Assembly: GCA_027923505.1 (NCBI GenBank)
Contig: BROI01000004.1
Location: forward strand, 1-64,000
Length of the DNA: 64,000 nucleotides
Source of the DNA: Mayamaea pseudoterrestris
Lineage: Eukaryota
Reading direction: 5' to 3'
The translations under genes were made by a program, and so were the position numbers. Numbering within the stretch: the stretch's first letter is position 1; each line of letters starts with the position of its first letter. Below, piece after piece: positions 1 to 12,661 of the stretch. The notes beneath the pieces were generated by a model, which was not told the origin of the DNA, ran no database searches, and was given only the letters and a program-made list of their open reading frames with translations.

Positions 1-3000
1 ACCATTTGAGACTTTGCACCTGTCAATGGCCATACCCTGGACATGTTTTGCCTGACTCATTGGGTATTTGGGTGGCCAGGGCATGGGGCGTTTGACAGGG
101 AAGAATCTGCAACTTGTGGTGTTGGCCATACCCACAGTGGAGGCCGTACCCATGGTGTCAGCCTCCAGGCAGTCCTTTTTGCACCATTTGAGACTATGCA
201 CCTGTCAATGGCATCCCCTGGACATGTTTTGCCTGACTCATTGGGTATTTGGGTGGCCAGGGCATGGGGCGTTTGACAGGGAAGAATCTGCAACTTGTGG
301 TGTTGGCCATACCCACAGTGGAGGCCGTACCCATGTTGTCAGCCTCCAGGCAGTCCTTTTTGCACCATTTGAGACTATGCACCTGTCAATGGCATACCCT
401 GGACATGTTTTGCCTGACTCATTGGGTATTTGGGTGGCCAGGGCATGGGGCGTTTGACAGGGAAGAATCTGCAACTTGTGGTGTTGGCCATACCCACAGT
501 GGAGGCCGTACCCATGTTGTCAGCCTCCAGGCAGTCCTTTTTGCACCATTTGAGACTATGCACCTGTCAATGGCATACCCTGGACATGTTTTGCCTGACT
601 CATTGGGTATTTGGGTGGCCAGGGCATGGGGCGTTTGACAGGGAAGAATCTGCAACTTGTGGTGTTGGCCATACCCACAGTGGAGGCCGTACCCATGGTG
701 TCAGCCTCCAGGCAGTCCTTTTTGCACCATTTGAGACTATGCACCTGTCAATGGCATACCCTGGACATGTTTTGCCTGACTCATTGGGTATTTGGGTGGC
801 CAGGGCATGGGGCGTTTGACAGGGAAGAATCTGCAACTTGTGGTGTTGGCCATACCCACAGTGGAGGCCGTACCCATGTTTTCAGCCTCCAGGCAGTCCT
901 TTCTGCACCATTTGAGACTCTGCACCTGTCAATGGCCTACCCTGGACATGTTTTGCCTGACTCATTGGGTATTTGGGTGGCCAGGGCATGGGGCGTTTGA
1001 CAGGGAAGAATCTGCAACTTGTGGTGTTGGCCATACCCACAGTGGAGGCCGTACCCATGGTGTCAGCCTCCAGGCAGTCCTTTTTGCACCATTTGAGACT
1101 ATGCACCTGTCAATGGCATACCCTGGACATGTTTTGCCTGACTCATTGGGTATTTGGGTGGCCAGGGCATGGGGCGTTTGACAGGGAAGAATCTGCAACT
1201 TGTGGTGTTGGCCATACCCACAGTGGAGGCCGTACCCATGGTTGTCAGCCTCCAGGCAGTCCTTTTTGCACCATTTGAGACTATGCACCTGTCAATGGCA
1301 TACCCTGGACATGTTTTGCCTGACTCATTGGGTATTTGGGTGGCCAGGGCATGGGGCGTTTGACAGGGAAGAATCTGCAACTTGTGGTGTTGGCCATACC
1401 CACAGTGGAGGCCGTACCCATGTTGTCAGCCTCCAGGCAGTCCTTTTTGCACCATTTGAGACTATGCACCTGTCAATGGCATCCCCTGGACATGTTTTGC
1501 CTGACTCATTGGGTATTTGGGTGGCCAGGGCATGGGGCGTTTGACAGGGAAGAATCTGCAACTTGTGGTGTTGGCCATACCCACAGTGGAGGCCGTACCC
1601 ATGTTGTCAGCCTCCAGGCAGTCCTTTTTGCACCATTTGAGACTATGCACCTGTCAATGGCATACCCTGGACATGTTTTGCCTGACTCATTGGGTATTTG
1701 GGTGGCCAGGGCATGGGGCGTTTGACAGGGAAGAATCTGCAACTTGTGGTGTTGGCCATACCCACAGTGGAGGCCGTACCCATGTTGTCAGCCTCCAGGC
1801 AGTCCTTTTTGCACCATTTGAGACTATGCACCTGTCAATGGCATACCCTGGACATGTTTTGCCTGACTCATTGGGTATTTGGGTGGCCAGGGCATGGGGC
1901 GTTTGACAGGGAAGAATCTGCAACTTGTGGTGTTGGCCATACCCACAGTGGAGGCCGTACCCATGTTGTCAGCCTCCAGGCAGTCCTTTTTGCACCATTT
2001 GAGACTCTGCACCTGTCAATGGCATCCCCTGGACATGTTTTGCCTGACTCATTGGGTATTTGGGTGGCCAGGGCATGGGGCGTTTGACAGGGAAGAATCT
2101 GCAACTTGTGGTGTTGGCCATACCCACAGTGGAGGCCGTACCCATGTTGTCAGCCTCCAGGCAGTCCTTTTTGCACCATTTGAGACTATGCACCTGTCAA
2201 TGGCATACCCTGGACATGTTTTGCCCTTTGATACTCATGGGTATTTTGGTGGCCAGGGCATGGGGCGTTTGACAGGGAAGAATCTGCAACTTGTGGTGTT
2301 GGCCATACCCACAGTGGAGGCCGTACCCATGGTGTCAGCCTCCAGGCAGTCCTTTTTGCACCATTTGAGACTATGCACCTGTCAATGGCATACCCTGGAC
2401 ATGTTTTGCCTGACTCATTGGGTATTTGGGTGGCCAGGGCATGGGGCGTTTGACAGGGAAGAATCTGCAACTTGTGGTGTTGGCCATACCCACAGTGGAG
2501 GCCGTACCCATGGTGTCAGCCTCCAGGCAGTCCTTTTTGCACCATTTGAGACTATGCACCTGTCAATGGCATACCCTGGACATGTTTTGCCTGACTCATT
2601 GGGTATTTGGGTGGCCAGGGCATGGGGCGTTTGACAGGGAAGAATCTGCAACTTGTGGTGTTGGCCATACCCACAGTGGAGGCCGTACCCATGTTTTCAG
2701 CCTCCAGGCAGTCCTTTTTGCACCATTTGAGACTATGCACCTGTCAATGGCATCCCCTGGACATGTTTTGCCTGACTCATTGGGTATTTGGGTGGCCAGG
2801 GCATGGGGCGTTTGACAGGGAAGAATCTGCAACTTGTGGTGTTGGCCATACCCACAGTGGAGGCCGTACCCATGTTGTCAGCCTCCAGGCAGTCCTTTTT
2901 GCACCATTTGAGACTATGCACCTGTCAATGGCATACCCTGGACATGTTTTGCCTGACTCATTGGGTATTTGGGTGGCCAGGGCATGGGGCGTTTGACAGG

Positions 3001-6000
3001 GAAGAATCTGCAACTTGTGGTGTTGGCCATACCCACAGTGGAGGCCGTACCCATGTTGTCAGCCTCCAGGCAGTCCTTTTTGCACCATTTGAGACTATGC
3101 ACCTGTCAATGGCATACCCTGGACATGTTTTGCTTGACTCATTGGGTATTTGGGTGGCCAGGGCATGGGGCGTTTGACAGGGAAGAATCTGCAACTTGTG
3201 GTGTTGGCCATACCCACAGTGGAGGCCGTACCCATGTTTTCAGCCTCCAGGCAGTCCTTTTTGCACCATTTGAGACTATGCACCTGTCAATGGCATACCC
3301 TGGACATGTTTTGCCTGACTCATTGGGTATTTGGGTGGCCAGGGCATGGGGCGTTTGACAGGGAAGAATCTGCAACTTGTGGTGTTGGCCATACCCACAG
3401 TGGAGGCCGTACCCATGTTGTCAGCCTCCAGGCAGTCCTTTTTGCACCATTTGAGACTATGCACCTGTCAATGGCATCCCCTGGACATGTTTTGCCTGAC
3501 TCATTGGGTATTTGGGTGGCCAGGGCATGGGGCGTTTGACAGGGAAGAATCTGCAACTTGTGGTGTTGGCCATACCCACAGTGGAGGCCGTACCCATGTT
3601 TTCAGCCTCCAGGCAGTCCTTTTTGCACCATTTGAGACTATGCACCTGTCAATGGCATCCCCTGGACATGTTTTGCCTGACTCATTGGGTATTTGGGTGG
3701 CCAGGGCATGGGGCGTTTGACAGGGAAGAATCTGCAACTTGTGGTGTTGGCCATACCCACAGTGGAGGCCGTACCCATGTTGTCAGCCTCCAGGCAGTCC
3801 TTTTTGCACCATTTGAGACTATGCACCTGTCAATGGCATACCCTGGACATGTTTTGCCTGACTCATTGGGTATTTGGGTGGCCAGGGCATGGGGCGTTTG
3901 ACAGGGAAGAATCTGCAACTTGTGGTGTTGGCCATACCCACAGTGGAGGCCGTACCCATGGTGTCAGCCTCCAGGCAGTCCTTTTTGCACCATTTGAGAC
4001 TATGCACCTGTCAATGGCATACCCTGGACATGTTTTGCCTGACTCATTGGGTATTTGGGTGGCCAGGGCATGGGGCGTTTGACAGGGAAGAATCTGCAAC
4101 TTGTGGTGTTGGCCATACCCACAGTGGAGGCCGTACCCATGTTTTCAGCCTCCAGGCAGTCCTTTTTGCACCATTTGAGACTATGCACCTGTCAATGGCA
4201 TACCCTGGACATGTTTTGCCTGACTCATTGGGTATTTGGGTGGCCAGGGCATGGGGCGTTTGACAGGGAAGAATCTGCAACTTGTGGTGTTGGCCATACC
4301 CACAGTGGAGGCCGTACCCATGTTGTCAGCCTCCAGGCAGTCCTTTTTGCACCATTTGAGACTATGCACCTGTCAATGGCATCCCCTGGACATGTTTTGC
4401 CTGACTCATTGGGTATTTGGGTGGCCAGGGCATGGGGCGTTTGACAGGGAAGAATCTGCAACTTGTGGTGTTGGCCATACCCACAGTGGAGGCCGTACCC
4501 ATGGTGTCAGCCTCCAGGCAGTCCTTTTTGCACCATTTGAGACTATGCACCTGTCAATGGCATACCCTGGACATGTTTTGCCACATGTTTTGCTTGACTC
4601 ATTGGGTATTTGGGTGGCCAGGGCATGGGGCGTTTGACAGGGAAGAATCTGCAACTTGTGGTGTTGGCCATACCCACAGTGGAGGCCGTACCCATGTTTT
4701 CAGCCTCCAGGCAGTCCTTTTTGCACCATTTGAGACTATGCACCTGTCAATGGCATACCCTGGACATGTTTTGCCTGACTCATTGGGTATTTGGGTGGCC
4801 AGGGCATGGGGCGTTTGACAGGGAAGAATCTGCAACTTGTGGTGTTGGCCATACCCACAGTGGAGGCCGTACCCATGTTGTCAGCCTCCAGGCAGTCCTT
4901 TTTGCACCATTTGAGACTATGCACCTGTCAATGGCATACCCTGGACATGTTTTGCCTGACTCATTGGGTATTTGGGTGGCCAGGGCATGGGGCGTTTGAC
5001 AGGGAAGAATCTGCAACTTGTGGTGTTGGCCATACCCACAGTGGAGGCCGTACCCATGGTGTCAGCCTCCAGGCAGTCCTTTTTGCACCATTTGAGACTA
5101 TGCACCTGTCAATGGCATACCCTGGACATGTTTTGCCTGACTCATTGGGTATTTGGGTGGCCAGGGCATGGGGCGTTTGACAGGGAAGAATCTGCAACTT
5201 GTGGTGTTGGCCATACCCACAGTGGAGGCCGTACCCATGTTTTCAGCCTCCAGGCAGTCCTTTTTGCACCATTTGAGACTATGCACCTGTCAATGGCATC
5301 CCCTGGACATGTTTTGCCTGACTCATTGGGTATTTGGGTGGCCAGGGCATGGGGCGTTTGACAGGGAAGAATCTGCAACTTGTGGTGTTGGCCATACCCA
5401 CAGTGGAGGCCGTACCCATGTTGTCAGCCTCCAGGCAGTCCTTTTTGCACCATTTGAGACTATGCACCTGTCAATGGCATACCCTGGACATGTTTTGCCT
5501 GACTCATTGGGTATTTGGGTGGCCAGGGCATGGGGCGTTTGACAGGGAAGAATCTGCAACTTGTGGTGTTGGCCATACCCACAGTGGAGGCCGTACCCAT
5601 GGTGTCAGCCTCCAGGCAGTCCTTTTTGCACCATTTGAGACTATGCACCTGTCAATGGCATCCCCTGGACATGTTTTGCCTGACTCATTGGGTATTTGGG
5701 TGGCCAGGGCATGGGGCGTTTGACAGGGAAGAATCTGCAACTTGTGGTGTTGGCCATACCCACAGTGGAGGCCGTACCCATGTTTTCAGCCTCCAGGCAG
5801 TCCTTTTTGCACCATTTGAGACTCTGCACCTGTCAATGGCATACCCTGGACATGTTTTGCCTGACTCATTGGGTATTTGGGTGGCCAGGGCATGGGGCGT
5901 TTGACAGGGAAGAATCTGCAACTTGTGGTGTTGGCCATACCCACAGTGGAGGCCGTACCCATGTTGTCAGCCTCCAGGCAGTCCTTTTTGCACCATTTGA

Positions 6001-9000
6001 GACTATGCACCTGTCAATGGCATACCCTGGACATGTTTTGCCTGACTCATTGGGTATTTGGGTGGCCAGGGCATGGGGCGTTTGACAGGGAAGAATCTGC
6101 AACTTGTGGTGTTGGCCATACCCACAGTGGAGGCCGTACCCATGGTGTCAGCCTCCAGGCAGTCCTTTTTGCACCATTTGAGACTATGCACCTGTCAATG
6201 GCATACCCTGGACATGTTTTGCCTGACTCATTGGGTATTTGGGTGGCCAGGGCATGGGGCGTTTGACATGGAAGAATCTGCAACTTGTGGTGTTGGCCAT
6301 ACCCACAGTGGAGGCCGTACCCATGTTTTCAGCCTCCAGGCAGTCCTTTTTGCACCATTTGAGACTCTGCACCTGTCAATGGCATCCCCTGGACATGTTT
6401 TGCCTGACTCATTGGGTATTTGGGTGGCCAGGGCATGGGGCGTTTGACAGGGATGAATCTGCAACTTGTGGTGTTGGCCATACCCACAGTGGAGGCCGTA
6501 CCCATGTTGTCAGCCTCCAGGCAGTCCTTTTTGCACCATTTGAGACTATGCACCTGTCAATGGCATACCCTGGACATGTTTTGCCTGACTCATTGGGTAT
6601 TTGGGTGGCCAGGGCATGGGGCGTTTGACAGGGAAGAATCTGCAACTTGTGGTGTTGGCCATACCCACAGTGGAGGCCGTACCCATGGTGTCAGCCTCCA
6701 GGCAGTCCTTTTTGCACCATTTGAGACTATGCACCTGTCAATGGCATACCCTGGACATGTTTTGCCTGACTCATTGGGTATTTGGGTGGCCAGGGCATGG
6801 GGCGTTTGACAGGGAAGAATCTGCAACTTGTGGTGTTGGCCATACCCACAGTGGAGGCCGTACCCATGTTTTCAGCCTCCAGGCAGTCCTTTTTGCACCA
6901 TTTGAGACTATGCACCTGTCAATGGCATACCCTGGACATGTTTTGCCTGACTCATTGGGTATTTGGGTGGCCAGGGCATGGGGCGTTTGACAGGGAAGAA
7001 TCTGCAACTTGTGGTGTTGGCCATACCCACAGTGGAGGCCGTACCCATGTTGTCAGCCTCCAGGCAGTCCTTTTTGCACCATTTGAGACTATGCACCTGT
7101 CAATGGCATCCCCTGGACATGTTTTGCCTGACTCATTGGGTATTTGGGTGGCCAGGGCATGGGGCGTTTGACAGGGAAGAATCTGCAACTTGTGGTGTTG
7201 GCCATACCCACAGTGGAGGCCGTACCCATGTTGTCAGCCTCCAGGCAGTCCTTTTTGCACCATTTGAGACTATGCACCTGTCAATGGCATACCCTGGACA
7301 TGTTTTGCCTGACTCATTGGGTATTTGGGTGGCCAGGGCATGGGGCGTTTGACAGGGAAGAATCTGCAACTTGTGGTGTTGGCCATACCCACAGTGGAGG
7401 CCGTACCCATGTTGTCAGCCTCCAGGCAGTCCTTTTTGCACCATTTGAGACTATGCACCTGTCAATGGCATCCCCTGGACATGTTTTGCCTGACTCATTG
7501 GGTATTTGGGTGGCCAGGGCATGGGGCGTTTGACAGGGAAGAATCTGCAACTTGTGGTGTTGGCCATACCCACAGTGGAGGCCGTACCCATGTTGTCAGC
7601 CTCCAGGCAGTCCTTTTTGCACCATTTGAGACTATGCACCTGTCAATGGCATACCCTGGACATGTTTTGCCCTGACTCATTGGGTATTTGGGTGGCCAGG
7701 GCATGGGGCGTTTGACAGGGAAGAATCTGCAACTTGTGGTGTTGGCCATACCCACAGTGGAGGCCGTACCCATGGTGTCAGCCTCCAGGCAGTCCTTTTT
7801 GCACCATTTGAGACTATGCACCTGTCAATGGCATACCCTGGACATGTTTTGCCTGACTCATTGGGTATTTGGGTGGCCAGGGCATGGGGCGTTTGACAGG
7901 GAAGAATCTGCAACTTGTGGTGTTGGCCATACCCACAGTGGAGGCCGTACCCATGTTTTCAGCCTCCAGGCAGTCCTTTTTGCACCATTTGAGACTCTGC
8001 ACCTGTCAATGGCATCCCCTGGACATGTTTTGCCTGACTCATTGGGTATTTGGGTGGCCAGGGCATGGGGCGTTTGACAGGGAAGAATCTGCAACTTGTG
8101 GTGTTGGCCATACCCACAGTGGAGGCCGTACCCATGTTGTCAGCCTCCAGGCAGTCCTTTTTGCACCATTTGAGACTATGCACCTGTCAATGGCATACCC
8201 TGGACATGTTTTGCCTGACTCATTGGGTATTTGGGTGGCCAGGGCATGGGGCGTTTGACAGGGAAGAATCTGCAACTTGTGGTGTTGGCCATACCCACAG
8301 TGGAGGCCGTACCCATGGTGTCAGCCTCCAGGCAGTCCTTTTTGCACCATTTGAGACTATGCACCTGTCAATGGCATACCCTGGACATGTTTTGCCTGAC
8401 TCATTGGGTATTTGGGTGGCCAGGGCATGGGGCGTTTGACAGGGAAGAATCTGCAACTTGTGGTGTTGGCCATACCCACAGTGGAGGCCGTACCCATGTT
8501 GTCAGCCTCCAGGCAGTCCTTTTTGCACCATTTGAGACTATGCACCTGTCAATGGCATCCCCTGGACATGTTTTGCCTGACTCATTGGGTATTTGGGTGG
8601 CCAGGGCATGGGGCGTTTGACAGGGAAGAATCTGCAACTTGTGGTGTTGGCCATACCCACAGTGGAGGCCGTACCCATGTTGTCAGCCTCCAGGCAGTCC
8701 TTTTTGCACCATTTGAGACTATGCACCTGTCAATGGCATACCCTGGACATGTTTTGCCTGACTCATTGGGTATTTGGGTGGCCAGGGCATGGGGCGTTTG
8801 ACAGGGAAGAATCTGCAACTTGTGGTGTTGGCCATACCCACAGTGGAGGCCGTACCCATGGTGTCAGCCTCCAGGCAGTCCTTTTTGCACCATTTGAGAC
8901 TATGCACCTGTCAATGGCATACCCTGGACATGTTTTGCCTGACTCATTGGGTATTTGGGTGGCCAGGGCATGGGGCGTTTGACAGGGAAGAATCTGCAAC

Positions 9001-11448
9001 TTGTGGTGTTGGCCATACCCACAGTGGAGGCCGTACCCATGTTTTCAGCCTCCAGGCAGTCCTTTTTGCACCATTTGAGACTCTGCACCTGTCAATGGCA
9101 TCCCCTGGACATGTTTTGCCTGACTCATTGGGTATTTGGGTGGCCAGGGCATGGGGCGTTTGACAGGGAAGAATCTGCAACTTGTGGTGTTGGCCATACC
9201 CACAGTGGAGGCCGTACCCATGTTGTCAGCCTCCAGGCAGTCCTTTTTGCACCATTTGAGACTATGCACCTGTCAATGGCATCCCCTGGACATGTTTTGC
9301 CTGACTCATTGGGTATTTGGGTGGCCAGGGCATGGGGCGTTTGACAGGGAAGAATCTGCAACTTGTGGTGTTGGCCATACCCACAGTGGAGGCCGTACCC
9401 ATGGTGTCAGCCTCCAGGCAGTCCTTTTTGCACCATTTGAGACTATGCACCTGTCAATGGCATACCCTGGACATGTTTTGCCTGACTCATTGGGTATTTG
9501 GGTGGCCAGGGCATGGGGCGTTTGACAGGGAAGAATCTGCAACTTGTGGTGTTGGCCATACCCACAGTGGAGGCCGTACCCATGTTTTCAGCCTCCAGGC
9601 AGTCCTTTTTGCACCATTTGAGACTCTGCACCTGTCAATGGCATACCCTGGACATGTTTTGCCTGACTCATTGGGTATTTGGGTGGCCAGGGCATGGGGC
9701 GTTTGACAGGGAAGAATCTGCAACTTGTGGTGTTGGCCATACCCACAGTGGAGGCCGTACCCATGTTGTCAGCCTCCAGGCAGTCCTTTTTGCACCATTT
9801 GAGACTATGCACCTGTCAATGGCATCCCCTGGACATGTTTTGCCTGACTCATTGGGTATTTGGGTGGCCAGGGCATGGGGCGTTTGACAGGGAAGAATCT
9901 GCAACTTGTGGTGTTGGCCATACCCACAGTGGAGGCCGTACCCATGGTGTCAGCCTCCAGGCAGTCCTTTTTGCACCATTTGAGACTATGCACCTGTCAA
10001 TGGCATACCCTGGACATGTTTTGCCTGACTCATTGGGTATTTGGGTGGCCAGGGCATGGGGCGTTTGACAGGGAAGAATCTGCAACTTGTGGTGTTGGCC
10101 ATACCCACAGTGGAGGCCGTACCCATGTTTTCAGCCTCCAGGCAGTCCTTTTTGCACCATTTGAGACTCTGCACCTGTCAATGGCATCCCCTGGACATGT
10201 TTTGCCTGACTCATTGGGTATTTGGGTGGCCAGGGCATGGGGCGTTTGACAGGGAAGAATCTGCAACTTGTGGTGTTGGCCATACCCACAGTGGAGGCCG
10301 TACCCATGTTGTCAGCCTCCAGGCAGTCCTTTTGCACCATTTGAGACTATGCACCTGTCAATGGCATACCCTGGACATGTTTTGCCTGACTCATTGGGTA
10401 TTTGGGTGGCCAGGGCATGGGGCGTTTGACAGGGAAGAATCTGCAACTTGTGGTGTTGGCCATACCCACAGTGGAGGCCGTACCCATGGTGTCAGCCTCC
10501 AGGCAGTCCTTTTTGCACCATTTGAGACTATGCACCTGTCAATGGCATACCCTGGACATGTTTTGCCTGACTCATTGGGTATTTGGGTGGCCAGGGCATG
10601 GGGCGTTTGACAGGGAAGAATCTGCAACTTGTGGTGTTGGCCATACCCACAGTGGAGGCCGTACCCATGGTGTCAGCCTCCAGGCAGTCCTTTTTGCACC
10701 ATTTGAGACTATGCACCTGTCAATGGCATACCCTGGACATGTTTTGCCTGACTCATTGGGTATTTGGGTGGCCAGGGCATGGGGCGTTTGACAGGGAAGA
10801 ATCTGCAACTTGTGGTGTTGGCCATACCCACAGTGGAGGCCGTACCCATGTTGTCAGCCTCCAGGCAGTCCTTTTTGCACCATTTGAGACTCTGCACCTG
10901 TCAATGGCATCCCCTGGACATGTTTTGCCTGACTCATTGGGTATTTGGGTGGCCAGGGCATGGGGCGTTTGACAGGGAAGAATCTGCAACTTGTGGTGTT
11001 GGCCATACCCACAGTGGAGGCCGTACCCATGTTGTCAGCCTCCAGGCAGTCCTTTTTGCACCATTTGAGACTATGCACCTGTCAATGGCCTACCCTGGAC
11101 ATGTTTTGCCTGACTCATTGGGTATTTGGGTGGCCAGGGCATGGGGCGTTTGACAGGGAAGAATCTGCAACTTGTGGTGTTGGCCATACCCACAGTGGAG
11201 GCCGTACCCATGGTGTCAGCCTCCAGGCAGTCCTTTTTGCACCATTTGAGACTATGCACCTGTCAATGGCATCCCCTGGACATGTTTTGCCTGACTCATT
11301 GGGTATTTGGGTGGCCAGGGCATGGGGCGTTTGACAGGGAAGAATCTGCAACTTGTGGTGTTGGCCATACCCACAGTGGAGGCCGTACCCATGGTGTCAG
11401 CCTCCAGGCAGTCCTTTTTGCACCATTTGAGACTATGCACCTGTCAAT
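1..11448. repeat. Tandem satellite array, 181-bp unit, about 63 copies, continuing past the left edge of the window
   Basis: The unit accatttgagactatgcacctgtcaatggcataccctggacatg...gcagtcctttttgc repeats head-to-tail with period 181, with only a few recurrent SNPs and rare indels. The last partial copy ends at ...ctgtcaat (11448). Confidence 0.99.
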
Positions 11449-12500
11449 TGCAACGACGAAAGCAGCGACAGGGTTTGACCAGCAAGATTCGAAGCCTCAC
11501 CACCAACATGTTGAACAAGAATTCGGGTTCCGCGGTAGTCAAGCAGCAGCGCGATCGGTTCGCCGAAGCCAACTTTGATACCGCTCCGCCGTCCATGATG
11601 CGGGCATCTTCGGGGCGAGACGCATACGGCGAAGGCGGCGGCGGTAGTGGCCACTACAGTCACTACGGTGACGCGCCGTACGGTCGACGGTTCAGCACGT
11701 CGCAAACGTCGTCGCAGGATATCATGCCACCGCCACCGCGGCGACAAGCGCGACGGGGCGATTTGGAAGAAACGTATGCAAGCAGCAAGAGTTTCAGTGG
11801 GTCTTTCAATTTACATAATAATAGTAATGATGCATGGTATGAAGACAATGGTGAATCGGATGAGCTTGCTGAACATGCGCAGCACGTTGCTTCTGTGGAT
11901 GAGGACGAGGACGACGGCGGCATGCTGGCTATTTTGCAGAGGCAGCTGCTGGCGAAAGCGGCGGTCGAAGCGCAGCAGCGGCATGAACAACAAGCAACAC
12001 TACACGCGTATCCAACGATGAGGCCCATGGATCCAAATGGGCAAGCAGGCATTTCCATGGGAATGGACGCGATTGGAGCAATGCGAAATCTACATTTAGG
12101 ACCGCCGCAAGTTCAGCCCCAACCATACTTTGAAACATACCATGCCGTCATGCCGAGTGCACCGATTGCATCAATAGCAGCGCAGTTGGATAGAATGCAA
12201 GTGGATGCAGCGGCCATGCAGCCGACGCCATTGCCACCTTCATTCAATGGCGGCGCCCAAGCTCAAACGTACGCGCAGCCATCGCAAATACAGCCGGTAG
12301 GCTCGTTCGAAGTTCCCACATTCAAGTCACGCGCGAGCGGCCGCTTCTCCAGTATAGGTGAGCTAGAAGACGGGCAACTTGAGACTCTTTTGACCGGATT
12401 GGATGTAAGTTTATCCGATTTGAACTTTGACGATGCGCAGCAACAGCAGCAGCAACAACAGCAACAACACCACTACCAACAACGGCACGCGCAAGTATAG
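11449..12500 (+). CDS. Low-complexity Q/S/G-rich hypothetical protein, possibly 5'-truncated by the satellite (first in-frame ATG at 11508)
   Basis: The frame is open from the satellite junction to TAG at 12498-12500 (about 350 codons). It has a poly-Q C-terminus and is followed by an AT-rich 3' region. Confidence 0.65.
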
Positions 12501-12661
12501 ATTATTCAATGGATTGATGTCTGTACACAAATCATCTGCACTATTGGGTGCATCTGTTAGCCACAAATAGAAAATACGATAACAAGAACCATATATTCTT
12601 TACATATTGATCAATTTCAAATCCACTATAAAGTAGGACCAACGCATCCGTTTTGCAACTA

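Noticed and set aside
2221..4595. Aberrant monomers (several indels near 2225-2250; 12-bp duplication at 4571-4593)
   Set aside because: These are singletons consistent with slippage or long-read consensus error.
43..11440. Dozens of 60-130 aa ORFs on both strands of the satellite
   Set aside because: They are a by-product of a stop-poor 181-bp unit read through shifting frames. There is no recognisable domain and indels are tolerated.
1..11448. Satellite as a CRISPR array, 5S rDNA or hammerhead-ribozyme multimer
   Set aside because: There are no unique spacers. The 5S resemblance is limited to GGCCATACC. No CTGANGA/GAAA hammerhead core or box B is present on either strand.
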